A stretch of 64,000 bases of DNA from an uncultured Armatimonadia bacterium (GCA_963749155.1 CAVVLO010000001.1:384001-448000); one strand, 5' to 3'; shown: positions 52,917-64,000, numbered from the stretch's first letter. Made by a program: numbers and translations. Notes: generated by a model from the letters alone, not told the origin.

Positions 52917-52936
52917 TGGTATGATTGGCCAATTGG
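52917..52936 (+). promoter_or_regulatory. Possible extended -10 promoter and palindromic operator upstream of the RuBisCO-like gene
   Basis: TG-G-TATGAT (52917-52925) overlapping ATTGGCCAAT (52924-52933) and CCAATTGG. Confidence 0.4.
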
Positions 52937-53000
52937 AAATACCCAGCCTCGTTGCTGGTAATAGCCCTGGATTGACTCGGAGAAGTCAGGAGGAAAAGTA

Positions 53001-54344
53001 ATGAGCTGCACTAGACCAACAATGAAGCATGACCCACTTATTTGCACAATGCAGGAAGGCATCAACTACGAAGACTATGTGGTAGCAACCTATATTGTCG
53101 CAAGCGGAATGCGCGCCGATGTACTTTCCAAAGCAGTAGCGCTGGCTGTAGAGCAATCGACAGGCTCCTGGACCTCGGTACCTGGAGAGACCGAAGAAGT
53201 AAAGAGAAGGTCGGTTGGCCGGGTAATCGGCGTCTACGGAGTGCCCGACTACGAGCTTATCGCGACGATGCCCACTGACCAGAAGAAGAGAGATTTCGTC
53301 GTGCGCGTTGCGTATCCGGCCCTCAACTTCTACAACAACATCCCGCTGGTCCTCACAACGGTAATCGGCAATATCTCCAGTATGCCTTTCCTGAAGCTGG
53401 TGGACCTGGAATTTCCCCAGAAGTTCGTGAACGATTTCAAAGGCCCCAAGTTTGGCGTTCAGGGGCTAAGAGATATACTGGGTGTTCAATCGCGTCCCCT
53501 CCTCAACAATATGATCAAACCTTGCACAGGCATCACCCCCGAAGAGGGCGCCGCTCTGCTTTATGAGGCCGCCAGGGGCGGGGTCGACATTGTCAAGGAC
53601 GATGAGGTCATCGGTAGCCCCGCCTTCTCTCCACTGGCCAAGCGAGTCGAGGCCTATATGGCGGCTGCTGCAAAGGCCGACCAGGAAAAGGGCGAGAAGA
53701 CGCTCTACACGGTCAATATCACCGACGAGGTTAACAAGCTAGTCGATAATGCCAAACTCGCTATCGACGCCGGCGCCAACGCCCTGATGGTCAGCGTCTA
53801 CGGGATTGGCCTTTCTGGGCTCAGGCAACTGGCCGAGCATCCCGACATCAACGTGCCGATTATGGCCCATTCCTGCTATGGCGGAGTTCAATTCGCTCAG
53901 GCTTATTCGGGAGTCAGCACTTCCGTGCTGGCCAAGCTGGTCCGTATGTGCGGGGCCGATATGTATCTGAACGTAGCCCCCTCGGCCAAGTTCAATGCGC
54001 TTGAAGAGAAGTTCCTGCGCGTCCAGCAGATTCTGGGCACCAGCTTCTTCCACATCAAGCCCGCGATGGCTCTGATAGGCGGAGGCGTCTCCCCAGGGAT
54101 GGTCCCCTACCTGATCAACGTTGCCGGTCTGGACACCCTGCTTGGCGCAGGTGCCGGCATCCACGGCCACCCAATGGGCGCGAAAGCTGGCGCCATCGCC
54201 ATGCGTAAGGCCATTGATGCAACGCTCGAGGGCGTTTCGCTCGAGCAAGCCGCGCTCGCAAGCCCCGAGCTTAAAGTTGCTCTCGAGGTCTGGGGCGTAT
54301 ACGGCGGCGAGGAATACGACCGGCTGTTCGATCTCGAGATCTAA
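53001..54344 (+). CDS. RuBisCO-like protein (form IV)
   Basis: EQSTGSW, GPKFG, IKPCTG, GGVDIVKDDE and GAGIHGHPMG; lacks the HR motif of true RuBisCO (AHS here). Confidence 0.92.
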   Translation: MSCTRPTMKHDPLICTMQEGINYEDYVVATYIVASGMRADVLSKAVALAVEQSTGSWTSVPGETEEVKRRSVGRVIGVYGVPDYELIATMPTDQKKRDFVVRVAYPALNFYNNIPLVLTTVIGNISSMPFLKLVDLEFPQKFVNDFKGPKFGVQGLRDILGVQSRPLLNNMIKPCTGITPEEGAALLYEAARGGVDIVKDDEVIGSPAFSPLAKRVEAYMAAAAKADQEKGEKTLYTVNITDEVNKLVDNAKLAIDAGANALMVSVYGIGLSGLRQLAEHPDINVPIMAHSCYGGVQFAQAYSGVSTSVLAKLVRMCGADMYLNVAPSAKFNALEEKFLRVQQILGTSFFHIKPAMALIGGGVSPGMVPYLINVAGLDTLLGAGAGIHGHPMGAKAGAIAMRKAIDATLEGVSLEQAALASPELKVALEVWGVYGGEEYDRLFDLEI

Positions 54345-54450
54345 TTAAGCTGCCGAAGCGTCAGCGAGGCTTCTCCTCGAGAAGCTGCTGCCCTTCGATT
54401 TGGCTACAGGTAAGCATTAACTGGGCTGTATCGCCAGTTGGAGGTTCAAT

Positions 54451-55353
54451 ATGATAATCAACACGAACCCCAGGATCCTTGGCGCGGGCCTTGCTTGCCT
54501 CGACTATATAGTAGTGTCTCCCCAGGTGCCCTGGGGAGACACTGCCATCGTGACCGAGTTCGATATGCAAGGTGGCGGCCTGGTCGGCACCGCGCTGGTC
54601 GCCTGTGCTCGCCTTGGCGCCAAAGGCACGCTCCTTACCCTGCTTGGGCAGGATAATGTGGCTGACCTGGTGCTCAAAGAGATCGAAGAAGAAGGCATCG
54701 ACACCTCGCGCGTGACTCATATCGCAGGAGGTCAGACCGCCTTCAGTTTCGTCCACGTAGACAACACCAGTGGTGAACGCACCATCTTCCACAGGCCAGG
54801 TTCCAAACACGCCGAACCTCCCAAGATTCCGGATATCAAAGATTATGCGGTCGTGCTGGTGGACGATATGTTCCTGACTTTGGCTCTGGCGACCGCAAAG
54901 GCGGCCAAGCGCGCAGGGGTGCCCGTTGTGGCCGACCTGGGCCCCTCGGAGGGTTGCGGGGCGCTGCTCCATTTCGTAGATGTCCTGATCGCCCCTCGTC
55001 ACTTCGTGCAGGAACTCGGTTATCTCGGCAAGCCCGAAGCGGCTCTCAGCGAGATCCACAAGCTCGGGCCGACAACCGCGGTAATCACCCTCGGCTCGGA
55101 AGGGTGGCTCTATTCCGGACCCTCTGGCAAAGGTCGTGGGAAAGCCTTCAAAGTGGACGTGGTGGACACGACCGGCGCTGGTGATGCCTTCCACGGCGGG
55201 TTCGCCTTCGCGCTGGCCCAGGGCTGGGATACCGCCCAGTGTTGCGAATTTGCCGCCGCTGTTGCTGCCATCAAGTGCACCAGTTTTGGCGGAAGGAGCG
55301 GCCTGCCTTCTCTGGAGCAGGTCGAAGCGTTTCTAAAAGAGCGGAGAGCTTAG
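54451..55353 (+). CDS. PfkB-family carbohydrate kinase
   Basis: GGG..GTA.VACARLG and VVDTTGAGDAFHGG. Confidence 0.92.
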   Translation: MIINTNPRILGAGLACLDYIVVSPQVPWGDTAIVTEFDMQGGGLVGTALVACARLGAKGTLLTLLGQDNVADLVLKEIEEEGIDTSRVTHIAGGQTAFSFVHVDNTSGERTIFHRPGSKHAEPPKIPDIKDYAVVLVDDMFLTLALATAKAAKRAGVPVVADLGPSEGCGALLHFVDVLIAPRHFVQELGYLGKPEAALSEIHKLGPTTAVITLGSEGWLYSGPSGKGRGKAFKVDVVDTTGAGDAFHGGFAFALAQGWDTAQCCEFAAAVAAIKCTSFGGRSGLPSLEQVEAFLKERRA

Positions 55354-55417
55354 CCAGCTGGTCTGGAGTTTCAGGATCAGTGTGGGGGGAGCACAGGCTA
55401 GCCACTCCGCAAACCCA

Positions 55418-55462
55418 GGGCCGCGCCTTTTAGGCGCGGCCCGCTTCGTTTTTCTATTTTAT
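55418..55462 (+). terminator. Rho-independent terminator
   Basis: 11-bp stem GGGCCGCGCCT/AGGCGCGGCCC followed by a T-rich tail; lies between convergent genes. Confidence 0.7.
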
Positions 55463-55471
55463 TTGAGCAGC

Positions 55472-56799
55472 TTAGTCGGCTTCTTCTACTGGTTCCACCG
55501 TGACAATCAAAGGCAGGGGATCCACCAGACAGGGGCTCTCGAACAACTTGGGATTCTCCTGCCCCTCGCGGTCTCCGGCGAAGCTCTGGATGACCTGTCC
55601 AGTTGCGTAATCCACTGTGTAAGCCGCTTGCCTCGTACCCAGCTTGCCCCAGATGAAGGCGAACCTGGCGTGATCGGCTTCGTTAGCGCCAATCAACTCA
55701 TAACCTGCAAGCCTAAGCCGGGGGATCCGTGCGATTACAGTGCAATCTCCCAGAAAGTGCCTCTCGCCGATCTCAACGCCTGGCGCCACCGGGGTTGTCA
55801 CTACCGCTGCGGTATCATCAAACAGGCCAGCGAAAGCCCCCTGTCCGGAGATAGGCGCTGGCCCAATGACCAGCGAGAAGCTCTTGTTCAGCAGCATCGT
55901 CTCTTCCCACTTGAGGGGGGGATAATAACTGCCAGCGGGCGCCCATTTGGGCTCCTTTTCAGAGGTGTCAGCCTCAAGCAATAGCTGTCCATCGGCCTTC
56001 TGAACCAGCACTACAATCTTTTCTCCCGCCCAGGCAACCCTGGAAAGCCACCCCTGCGCGCCTTCCGGCAGAGGCAATACTCTGGCTTCCGATCCGGCCA
56101 AGTATGCCGTATTCCACCTGCCATTCGGCGCCCATCCCGGGCTTTGCGATAACTGCCCAGGCCTCGCCAGCTTCGTTGATAGCCGCATCGCTGTAATCCA
56201 TCGCGCTGCCAAGCAGTCTGGGCTCCTGCTCGCCATCTACCCTCATCCAGTACATCTCGTGAGTAGAGCGCGACATCCGACGCTTGAATACTACCAGTCC
56301 GTTGCCTTGCGGGTAGAAGTCACTGACACTGTCGGCAATTTTGATATGGTTGGTGCCCATAAGTGACGACTGCCAAAGCTCGCTGTTGCCGTTAGGCTCG
56401 TCAGGATTGGGCTGCAGATAGAGCAGCGAAGCTGCCCCACAGCGGTACCGGTCCGCCATATTTGAAATTCCGGTCGCTGGTGGTGTACAGATGCAGCAAC
56501 CCCTTCGCCTCAAACAGCAATTGCCAGCCAGGGGTCATTACTTGAGCGTACATCAGCCCTGGCTCCGGCAGCCCGAGCGAAGTGTCGTTCCAGGTGGTCA
56601 CATAGGCGTCCGTCAGTTGGATATCTTCCTCGGCCACTTCTAGCCGGCCGGCCAGGTCCGCCGCGCACTGGGAAACCAGGTCGCTGCCTGGCTTTGCCTC
56701 TTCAGCCCAGCCGCAGGTCATCAGTCCGAGCAAGCCGATCATCAGCATTAAGGTCAAGCTTGCCACCGTTAGCTTTGCACTGCCTGTTACTCTGGTCAT
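55472..56799 (-). CDS. Secreted hypothetical protein; two frameshifts
   Basis: ORFs 56401..56799, 55974..56513 and 55472..56236 join; N-terminal W.DTSLG.PEPG.MYAQV.TPGW domain. Confidence 0.6.
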
Positions 56800-56898
56800 C
56801 TTGGTTGCCTCCTGTTACAGTAGAACGAGTTGGTTCGCTGCTTGGACTGGCTGTTGTCGAAGAAAGTTCCCGGCAGCTTCCTCACCTGGGAGGGCTCT

Positions 56899-57333
56899 AT
56901 GGACATCCGCAGACTTGGAGAAGCCGATTTGCCCGCCCTGGCCGCGCTATACAAGCAATTCAAAGGCGACGACTCCTCGCTGGAAGCCATGCGCGCGACC
57001 TTCGCGCGGATTGCCGACAGCCCGGATTACGCCGTGCTTGTGGCCGAGGTTGAAGGACGGCTTGCCGGCTCCGCAATGGGTATCGTCTGCGCCGAACTCT
57101 ACGGCCAGTGCCGGCCCTTCCTTGTCATCGAAGACGTGATAGTGGATGCCGACCATCGGCGCCTGGGCGTCGGCACCGCGCTGATGAACGCCCTCGAAGA
57201 CTTTGCTCGCGCCACCAACTGTCATTATATGATGCTCGTGACGGACGCGGACCGAACCTGGGCCCACAACTTCTACGCCTCGCTCGGTTTCGGCCGTGAC
57301 ACTCATCGCGGCTTCAAGAAACGCCTGCCCTGA
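56899..57333 (+). CDS. GNAT acetyltransferase
   Basis: IEDVIVD..HRRLGVG and AHNFYASLGF. Confidence 0.9.
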   Translation: MDIRRLGEADLPALAALYKQFKGDDSSLEAMRATFARIADSPDYAVLVAEVEGRLAGSAMGIVCAELYGQCRPFLVIEDVIVDADHRRLGVGTALMNALEDFARATNCHYMMLVTDADRTWAHNFYASLGFGRDTHRGFKKRLP

Positions 57334-57449
57334 TTTCCGTTGACGGCGCTCCCTCTTCCCGCACTATATTGAGAGGACAGCCGCTCTATCCGCTCCAGTT
57401 CTTGCGTCCGAGGTCGTAGTTGTCCTTCACACTGCCCCCAATGAAGAGG

Positions 57450-57900
57450 TCGGCCAGGAAGTGTCCTTGAAGGTGCGCGTGATGAGGTTGCGCGCCACTC
57501 AGCTCCGAGCTCCGTCAGCTCAGGCGCGAAGGAACTGGCGAACTTCTCCGCCGCCCGCAACTTGCGCTTCATCAGCGGCTGGAAGAGGCGCTGATTACTC
57601 CGCGAAGGCCTGCTGGTAGTCGCCCTGGCCTTCGCCCGCTCCCCGACCAGTACATAGGCGCCCGCCATCCCGAGCGAAGATTTCACGCGGCCCGGCGCTC
57701 GAGGGCCAAAGGCGGGCATCTCGAACGAGCCACCACCTATCGCCGCTGGCCACCTGTCCAGGTGGATCTACGGCTGACCCTGTCGAGGTAGACCTCCTCG
57801 CACTTGTCCATCCTCGGCCACGCTCAGCCGGGCACTCCCAACCCGCTTCGTCAAACTCTCGGCGCAGCGCCTGTCTTTGCGCTTCCACCTCGCCGAGCTG
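57450..57900 (-). pseudogene. FAD-dependent monooxygenase, C-terminal remnant (boundaries approximate)
   Basis: Fragments LRREFDEAGWECP, GMAGAYVL.GE, DYQQAFAE and KLRAAEKFASSFAP, spread over several frames. Confidence 0.6.
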
Positions 57901-58049
57901 GGGTTCGAGCGTAAGGCGACCAGACTTACGTGGTCACAAAGAAGAACATCGTTACGTCCTCGCGCATCGCAAAGCGCACCACTTGCTTGCCCGGCAGTTG
58001 TAAGTCTGTAGACCGAGCTCATCACGAGGCTCGTTGTAGCCGCGCAGCT

Positions 58050-58835
58050 GTCGAAGGCCGCCGCAACGTAATGTGCCGAGGCTCTTTAGGTCGAACGGTT
58101 CCCACCCTCTGGCAAATGACCTCGACGGTCCAGCGACCAGTCGGCTCCCTGACCGAACTCCTTACCGCTCTTTTTCCCTGTGCCTCTATCACCGGCGCGC
58201 CCAAGTCCGCGCTGCGAGCTTATCGCCGAGGTCGAAGACTCCCGTGAGGCCTGTACGGCGCGATCGGCTACATGGCCCCGAACGGAGACGCCCTTTTCAA
58301 CGTCGCCATCCGTTCTGTCGACAGGCGCACAACGGAGTGATGGACTGCCCCGAACAGCGTCTCGACCTGGGCCCGCCCAGGCTGCCATGAGACGACCTCG
58401 GCGCAGGTGACCGGCACGCGCGGTAGGCTGACGAACCTTGCTCTGGCGTCCTCAAAGGGCTATTTCCTGCGGACGCCCGTCTGTATCACGTGGTCAGTCT
58501 GCCGAACACTTCGATTAAACCTTCGACTACGCACTCGTTGGCCTCGTTCACAGACCTGCGGGATTTCCTCAAGCGTCATCGGGTGCGCTTGGCTTGATCA
58601 GTGGGCGCCTCCAGCTCGCGGCAGGCAAGCGCATCCGCTCCGCCACGCGTGTAGGCCAGGCCCGCGAGACGTCGATTTTATCACAAACCGACCCGCCGCA
58701 GCTTGGGCGCGCGCCGATCGACCTCGATGACGTGCTGCTCTGGAACGACCGGGCGAAGTGACGGAATCCACCATCGCCAATGTGGTGGTCCGCCAGGAGG
58801 GGCGCCTGCTGACCCCGCCTGTTGCTGCGGCCAGC
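58050..58835 (+). pseudogene. pabB: Decayed aminodeoxychorismate synthase/lyase (PabB-PabC fusion) fragment
   Basis: LWQMTSTV, LFPCASITGAPK, AIGYMAPNGDA, FNVAIR, DVLLWND and VTESTIANVV...LLTPPV in shifting frames. Confidence 0.7.
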
Positions 58836-58924
58836 ACCGGCTGAAAGCCATAGCGCCGCAACCAGTAGGCAAGCGTGGGTCCCACGACTCCTGGCCCGGA
58901 GATCAGTATCTCGCCTTGTGCCAT
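58832..58924 (-). pseudogene. FAD-dependent monooxygenase, N-terminal remnant
   Basis: MAQGEILISGPGVVGPTLAYWLRRYGFQP after a GGAGG RBS. Confidence 0.65.
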
Positions 58925-61787
58925 CCCGTTCGCCTCCCCACCATTACCTCCTCGCTCTCAAACCGCACCCTAAGCACATAGCGCGCCAGTTCTCCATCCA
59001 GGTGAAGCTCCTTTGTCCTCAACAGGGGGCGTAATCCGTCCAATCGGCTCAGCGACTCCTTCTGCGAGCACCTCGACCAACTCGATTGTTTCGCCAAAGC
59101 ATACTTTTGTCGGCTCACTCGCCAGCAGCCGAAGCCTCGCGTGCCTGCCCAAGTGGCTTGCCCTCATCAGAGGCTACAATCAGCCGGCCGCGTTCCACCT
59201 CGCACAGCAACTCGCCGTCAACTCGAAGTTCTCCGCTCCCTTCGATCAGGCGGAAGCCTCCCGCAATCTCTTCTGCCATCGCATATTCTGCAAGCCCCAG
59301 TTCCACTGTATGCCCCTCGTGGGCCAGTTTCACTCGGCGAGAGGGCCCCTCTGCGAATAGTCCATAAAGCGTCCCTCCGACCGTCCGCCTTACTAGCGCG
59401 TCTACGTCTTCGCCAGGCTCGACGGTTACTCTCGGAAGGCGCTCCGAACTCCGCCACTCCTCCCCGTAGCCTTCGTAGACCTCCACCCCCAGCTTGTGGA
59501 AGCGCTCAAGCGTTGCCGCTTTGTCGGGACCCACTCCGGCAGGGCATATCAGCACTCTGGACGTCTCGGGCAAGGCCTCCAGCAGCGCCTCCTGCCACAC
59601 CCCAAAGACCACTTTCGCGCGCCAGAGGTCAGTGATTACTTTGTGAAAGGCGTCATAGTCAGGTTGCCGCCCCGCAGGAGCCAGCACATAGACTTCCTCC
59701 GCCTGGAAACGCCGCCCCAGCCCCTGGCCCATCAGCCCCCAGCGCCCAAGTGCGACCGCCGCCGAGGCGGGGAAGGGCGTCCCATTGTGCAGCGTCCCGT
59801 ACCCGAATCCACTTGGCCAGGCGCAAAGCCCGGCCCCCTCTTCAAAGGTCGCTTCTTTCGCATAGATGGACAAAGGCTCGAACCAGCGCTCATCAGGCGC
59901 CAGTCCTAGTATCTCCCTCAGCGGCTGATACCAATAACACTGCTCCCGCGCGAGCCACGAGACCCCCCATTCATACGACATCAGCGCTGCCGCGCCCCCC
60001 GCCAGCCCATATTGTGCATTGGCCTCATAGTGCGCCGTCGGATTCCAGCCCGCCGCGCCGAACTCCTCAATAAAAAGGGGCCTGTCAGAGCCGATAGGAT
60101 CCAGATATTGGCTCATCATCGCCGTCCAGCGAGGCGGCATATAGCTGTGCCAAGGCGCCAGTTCCGCCTCGGCGTTGCCCAGATACGCATCCCCCCCGCC
60201 CGCTAGCGAAAACAGATACCCCGGCACCACCGGTTGCCTTGCCCCAGCTTCTCTCAAAGCTGTTGTCAGCTCCCGCGCCCACCGCTGGAAGAGCAATGTG
60301 TCTCGCTCGAGGCCAAGCGGCAATCTGGCTTCCTCCCACTGCCGCACTGCTGGGTCCATCTGAGACTCATCCGGGTCCTTCACATATGCCTCATTGGCCA
60401 GGTTCCAGATGACATTCCCTGCCCTTGCATAGCGACTGCCGAGGGTCGCTACATACTCCTTCTGCAGCTCCAGATGACGCAGTGACAAGCTATATATGTT
60501 GAAATCGCCGATGGTGCGGAAGTCCCACAGCACCTTCTCGCCGCTTGCCCGCTCGAAGCCCATCTCTCGCACCCACTGCGAGAAGAGGCAGATGTCCAGT
60601 ACCAGCCCATGCTGGGCCGCCAGCCATACCTCCGCGTCCAGCGCCCGCAGGCTCACCTCGTCCAGCACCGGGTCCACCCACACGCGCACAAGCCGATACC
60701 CAGCCCGCCTGATCGCTGCAAAATCGGTCTCGACCTTCACTGGGCGGAAGTCGCGCCACGGCCAGTCCAGCCACCCGCTCGAGGGATAGTAATGCGTGCC
60801 CACCCAAAAATCTTTGCGCCCCTCGAACTCGATACAAGGACCCTCAATCGCGAAACCAACCTCCGTCTCCAGCCTGTCCGCGAGCAGTGTAAAGCCGATC
60901 TCCTGCCTCAGCAGCGGCTCCTCGCCGCCCACGAGGGTTGGTTTTTCGGCGTTCACAAGGTCCACTGCGACCTCGACTCTGAGCCGCCACAGGCCCTGCT
61001 CGCCCTGGGGAAGGAAATCCAGCACCGCTTCGGTCTCGCCCTCGCCGGGCGCTACTCGACGCATCCGCTCGATAAGGGAGAAGCCCTCCTCGCCGGGCGC
61101 CTGGGCATACCAGCGCGCCTCCAGCGCCCTCGCCCTCGGCCTGCTGTTCGCGACGCGCAGCCGCGCCTGGACGCGCTCGCCGGGCTTCGAGGAGGCGTAA
61201 TTCGTCTGGAGTTCAACCACCTGCAGGCCAGACTCAAAGCGCTGCGCCAGCGCCCCAAGCAGCGCCTGCCAGCCTTCCAGATCGAGGGCCGCCAGGGGCT
61301 CCTCAAATAGGAAGAATATTTGCTGGCTTCCGCCGAACCGTTTGCCCACCAGCGAAGGCGCATAGTGGTTTACCAGCACGCCTGGATAACCGACTACCTG
61401 TCCGAATCGGTCGCGCGCCTCCAGAATCGGCTCCAAATCGAAGCGCAGCTCCTCATCGAGGTTGTGCCTGGGGAAGTCGCCAGGGGGAGAGATAAAGGCT
61501 GACTGCGCCCGCGCGGGCTGGAAGGCAAGCTCCGGCAGCAGCACCGGCGAGCCTTCAGCCTGGGTAAGGGCAAGCTCGGTCTCGGTCGGCTGGAATACTC
61601 CTAGCCACAGCTCTCGCGGCAGTGCCTCGCCTCGGCCAATCCACACGAGGTGAGCGCCTTCGGCCAGGGACGCGACCAGCGCTTCGCCGGCCAGTTCTCC
61701 CAGCGCCACCGGCTCAAACCCCTCCGGCAACTTGCCAACCGCCTTCAGGAAGCGCTCCTCCGCAACAAGCAAAACTCGACGCGCCAT
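58903..61787 (-). CDS. Large clan GH-A glycoside hydrolase-like protein; C-terminus frameshifted
   Basis: GTHYYP, AGYRLVRVW, WNLANE, PWHSY and FIEEFG. Confidence 0.7.
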
Positions 61788-61940
61788 ATTGATTCTCCCG
61801 ATGCCCAATTTATGCCGGATTTATTGGCCAGTGCTGGAAACATCCCTGTCTGGTCGGCCGCCCCTCCCAGGCAGGGATTTGGCCGACAAGGTGCAATTGA
61901 AAGGGCAGCTTGTGTCAGGTCATTTGCCAGGAGGCCACCG

Positions 61941-62915
61941 ATGTCAGCCCAGTTCCCTTTTCAGCCTGCCGAGTTTCTGCCTTTCCGCGATGCCGCCGTT
62001 TGCGAGCGCGTCCGGAATATCCCCAAATCCGAGCTGTGCAACCATCCAAATCCCAACTTCAAAATACGGATCATCGAGAGCGATCAGGCCTTCGCCTGGT
62101 CGTATATCATCGACATCGTCTCGAACATCAAACGCGCCCTCGATGAGGGCCGCCAGTTCGTGGTCATCCTGCCCGCGCCCAATCCAAATTATGCTTTCGT
62201 CGCGCAGCTAATCAACCAGTTGCGCCTCCCTTGCCATCACGTCCATACCTTCAATATGGACGAGTACGCGGATGAAGCTGGCAACACTGCCCCGCGCGAG
62301 TGGCGCGGCGGCTTCCAGTACTGGATGTGGAACGATCTCTTCAGCCAGATCGACCCCGCCCTGCGGATGCCCGAGAGCCAGATCCACTTCCCCAGCACCG
62401 AAAACGTGAACGACTACTCCCGGATGCTGGAGGACCTCGGCGGTGCGGACGTCTGCTATGGCGGCATCGGCTGGGCCGGCCACATCGCCTTCTTCGAGCC
62501 CCATCTCGGCGTCGAGTTTGGCGACGATATCGAGGCTTATCTCAACGCAGGCTCGCGTATTGTGGACCTGCACCCCATCACCGTCTGCCAGAACAGCCTC
62601 TTCTGCGATTGCGGCGCCGCCGGCGACTGGTCCAACTGCCCGCCAAAGGCCGCCACTATCGGCCCGCGCGACCTCAAGACCTCCAAACTGGTCAGCTTCT
62701 GGGATGGCTTCGCCTACGGCGATGTCTCCTGGCAGCGGTTCATCTCGCGCCTGGCCGCCCACGGCCCGGTGACCCCGCTCGTGCCCGCAAGCATCTTGCA
62801 GGTGTTGAACAGCGAACTCCTCCTCTCCGGCAATGTCGCCGCCGACTGTGACTGGGAGATCGCCGAGCGCGCCGTGCCAATTGATATCTTCAAGGGGGAG
62901 GGCCGACCCTGGTAG
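61941..62915 (+). CDS. NagB-like sugar-phosphate deaminase/isomerase
   Basis: HTFNMDEY, GGADVCYGGIGWAGHIAFFE, A.TIGP and VPASILQ. Confidence 0.8.
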   Translation: MSAQFPFQPAEFLPFRDAAVCERVRNIPKSELCNHPNPNFKIRIIESDQAFAWSYIIDIVSNIKRALDEGRQFVVILPAPNPNYAFVAQLINQLRLPCHHVHTFNMDEYADEAGNTAPREWRGGFQYWMWNDLFSQIDPALRMPESQIHFPSTENVNDYSRMLEDLGGADVCYGGIGWAGHIAFFEPHLGVEFGDDIEAYLNAGSRIVDLHPITVCQNSLFCDCGAAGDWSNCPPKAATIGPRDLKTSKLVSFWDGFAYGDVSWQRFISRLAAHGPVTPLVPASILQVLNSELLLSGNVAADCDWEIAERAVPIDIFKGEGRPW

Positions 62916-63917
62916 AGCGCCATCTGACAGCCGCTGACCTCGCTGGCAAGACACTGGATGCCCACGCCCATCTCGGCGTGAGCCTCAAGGCCTATGCCAA
63001 CCTGGAATATCCTTACGCCCAGAGTATCGAGGGCCTCTACTACCGCCAGCGCGCCTCGGGAGTGGACGCAAGTGTCGTCTTCCCCTTCACGCCTGACCTC
63101 TACTTCGACCTGGCAGGGGTCGTGAGAAGCGAACTCGTGCCTGCGAATCCGCCTCTTTCGGAGGCTCCTTATGCGCTGGAGAACCGCCTGGTGATGCAGG
63201 AGGTGTTCCTCTTCTGCCCCGAGTGGAGCGACCGCTTCCTGCCCTTTGTCTCGATGGACCCGGGCCGCGCCGTGGGAGAGCAGACTGGCCGCTCTGGATG
63301 CCCTGGCCGAGGAGTATCCGATCTACGGCGTGAAGATCAGCCCCATCTTCTGCCAGTCGCCCATCACGGCGCTGCTTTCAGAGGGCCGGCCTTTGGTGGA
63401 ATGGGCCGCAGAGCGCGATCTGGGGTTCCTCCTCCACATCAGCGCCGACCCGGACGAGGCCTATTCCCAGGTGCGGGCGACCTTCGACCTGACGCAGGAA
63501 TTTCCCGAAACGCGCTTCTGTCTGGCCCACTGTGCGGCCTTCGACAAGCGGGTGCTGGAAGCCGCGGGCGCCGCGCCCAACGTCTGGGTGGACACCGCGG
63601 CTCTCAAAATCCAGGTGCAGGCGGCGCTGGAGAACAACCCCGCGATGGCCGCGCCAGCCGACCGCTTCGAGACGGATTACACCGACCACCGCCGCGTCCT
63701 TGCCGACCTGGCCGAGGCCTGGCCGGACACGATTGTCTGGGGCTCCGACTCGCCCGCCTACTCGTACATCTGCCGCCGCAAGCAAGCCGAAGGCCACTGG
63801 CTCGATTTCCGCTTGAAGGGCACTTACGAGGACGAGGTCGCCGCGCTGGACAGCCTCGATCCTGCGCTGCGACAGCAGCTGGCAAACACGAACCCTCTGC
63901 GGTTCATCTTTGGCTGA
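62909..63917 (+). CDS. Amidohydrolase-family protein; start uncertain; frameshifted near 63270
   Basis: LDAHAHLG metal motif, GVKI, LLH, LAHC, WVDTA and WGSDSP. Confidence 0.8.
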
Positions 63918-64000
63918 GCCAGACCTTTGGGTTATGCAACAGAAACACTCTACGCCGCCGGCGCCAGGCGACCCCTCGATTGCCCGCGCCGCACGTTGCC

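Noticed and set aside
53001..54344. True RuBisCO / Calvin cycle
   Set aside because: The HR substrate-binding motif is replaced, and there is no small subunit or phosphoribulokinase nearby; this fits form IV.
63934..64000. Start of a further gene
   Set aside because: Only 22 codons are visible and there is no clear RBS.
1..64000. tRNA, rRNA or prophage genes
   Set aside because: I recognised no cloverleaf, rRNA-like or phage structural sequence by eye; tRNAscan-SE and Infernal would be needed to exclude them fully.

Overview
GC-rich bacterial window, probably from a diderm polysaccharide degrader (Armatimonadota-like gene style; this is inference only). It carries about 45 protein genes. 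Most are secreted glycoside hydrolases and sugar-catabolic enzymes: GH76, GH127/146, GH28-like, clan-A TIM barrels, beta-propellers, a sulfatase and Gfo/Idh/MocA oxidoreductases. Also present are an rcnR/csoR-rcnA metal-efflux pair with its operator, an AbiEi/AbiEii-like type IV toxin-antitoxin pair, a stand-alone hisF, and a class II aldolase / RuBisCO-like protein / PfkB kinase cluster. About 17 genes carry 1-bp frameshifts, most likely long-read consensus errors. I saw no rRNA, tRNA or CRISPR. The most unusual content is non-coding. (1) Two paralogous REP-associated HUH transposases (RAYT) are each bracketed by their own variant of a non-GTAG palindrome (GT-GTTTCGGG...CCCGAAAC); about 30 copies occur in the window, 27 of them on the same strand. 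(2) Mosaic tandem arrays are built from four hairpin families. (3) Four copies of a 120-140 bp cassette carry an 11-bp direct-repeat box, a sigma-54 -24/-12 motif at fixed spacing and an invariant G-quadruplex-type tract; three of the four face no gene, making this a candidate multicopy ncRNA. (4) A DUF6884 + GIY-YIG-like two-gene cassette sits between perfect 133-bp REP-containing direct repeats.
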